From contig NW_008806278.1 of NCBI RefSeq assembly GCF_000400465.1, forward strand, positions 202,592 to 264,591: a stretch of DNA of 62,000 bases, in the 5' to 3' direction. This DNA is from Wallemia ichthyophaga EXF-994 (Eukaryota; Fungi; Basidiomycota). Position numbers and translations under genes: made by a program. Positions 60,649-62,000 of this stretch are shown here, in pieces (position 1 is the stretch's first letter; each line of letters starts with the position of its first letter). The notes beneath the pieces are model-generated. The model was given only the letters and a program-made list of their open reading frames with translations. It made no database searches and was not told the DNA's origin.

Positions 60649-62000
60649 ATGACAACGTCTAACGAAGATTTAAATCCATTCAACCAGACCGATGAATTGG
60701 ATGACTACAATGAGGAATACGATTCAAATAAATTTACAGCTCCGTTCACTCCTGACCAGCTCGCGCCTAAATCGACTACGCACGATAACGTGAATATCCA
60801 GGTGAGATTTCCTGGCTTATACGTGGCTTATCTGATTTGTTGTAGATTATAGACGCAGTGAGATCCAATGAGGGCGCTAAAGCATCATATATCACTTATA
60901 TTATTCAATCTGATGTAAGTGTCAGCCTCCGTCTATGGCTCGCAAACTCAATTCCCTGCAGTCTCAGCAAGTCGCAAGAAGATATTCCGAATTCGAATCA
61001 TTGCGCCATGTCCTTGGAAGGCTCTACCCTACGCTCATCATACCACCTATACCTTCAAAGCACTCAATCGGTGAATACGCCAACAAATCAAAAGAAGAGA
61101 CTAAAATAGTCACGGCCAGGAAGACAACACTGCAGGATTTCTTGTCACGTATCGCAAAACACCCGATTCTTGGCAGAGAACACTTCTTCCACAAGTTCTT
61201 ATCTGCAGAGATATCCTGGAAACACGTTCTTAACAGTCCTCCTATTTCTAAATTGCCTAGAAACCCCTTACACGTTTCTTCAAACGATCCCACAAATGAC
61301 AAGAACGTTGCTGCATATGCGTCATTACCCACACCTTCCCCTTCTCAGCCACTAAGAAGACCTGATCAAAGGTTTCTCGATAGTGAAATGTTCACCGCAA
61401 AGTTTGCTCAGCATTTTGAGAGCTCTTTGGAGAGGGTTGATAGACGAACGACCAAGAGGTGGTCTGGTGAGTTTCTCTCGGAGATTCGGCTAATTTGCTC
61501 ACACTTTTAGGTATCGCCAATGATTATGCCGAATTGGGAGCCGTCTTCAATGGCTTTGGTCTGACTGAGTCAGATACACTGGCTGCTGCTTTAGAAAAGA
61601 TTGGTCAAGCTGTTGATTCGACGTACATATCTACAAACGCAATGGTATGTCATGGTTATTGAGGTCTCGATGGACATACTGACAGAGCTGAAGCTTCAAG
61701 CTTGGGAGAAGGACTTCTCAAAGCCAATACACATTTATAGTCAATTTGCTCATATCATCAAAAAGCTGTTGGAATACAGACATCAAAAGCATGCGCAGCA
61801 TGAAATGCTTATCGATGCACTGGGTGCTAAACGCGAGCATCTCGTTGAGCTAGAAAGATCTGAACAAGAGGCACAAAGATTAGACGCAGCCTTGTCTAAA
61901 GGGCTCTCATCTACGAAATTACTGGATGAACCGCAACAAGATCAAGAGCAATTACAAGACAACAACAACAATGAAAATAGTCCAAATGAGCAAGAAGATA
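60649..62000 (+). CDS. PX-BAR sorting nexin (Snx41/Atg20-like), 3' end outside the window
   Basis: ASYITYII, ARRYSEFESLRHVLGRLYPTLIIPPIPSKH, R..LQDFLSRIAKHPIL, then DYAELGAVFNGF. Confidence 0.88.

Overview
The window comes from a very compact, intron-rich fungal genome (introns mostly 40-60 nt). The proteins look basidiomycete-like; a Wallemia-like organism is only an inference. About 35 housekeeping genes are packed with tiny intergenic spaces, including separase, LSM8, SDH5, BRL1, AP-2 sigma, TAF12, kinesin-14, MON1, RACK1 with intronic U24 snoRNA, two RTA1 paralogs, phosphomannomutase, HRD1, POL31, GH128, CEG1, DJP1 and a PX-BAR sorting nexin. The outstanding exception is a ~9.4 kb stretch with no recognisable gene (8122-17539). 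It holds an 8159-bp palindrome: two 3479-bp inverted arms (9009-12487 and 13689-17167) around a unique AT-rich 1201-bp core. The arms are identical and indel-free at every position I checked, and there is no target-site duplication or transposase. This matches the architecture of inverted-repeat regional centromeres and is the top candidate for an undescribed system. Secondary oddities: two divergent genes whose start codons share one CATG, a bacterial-style ATGA stop/start overlap, 7-9 nt micro-exons, a His-rich GH128, and an unexplained multi-exon unit with a candidate C/D snoRNA. Splice models, boundaries and GC figures were read by eye and are not tool-verified.
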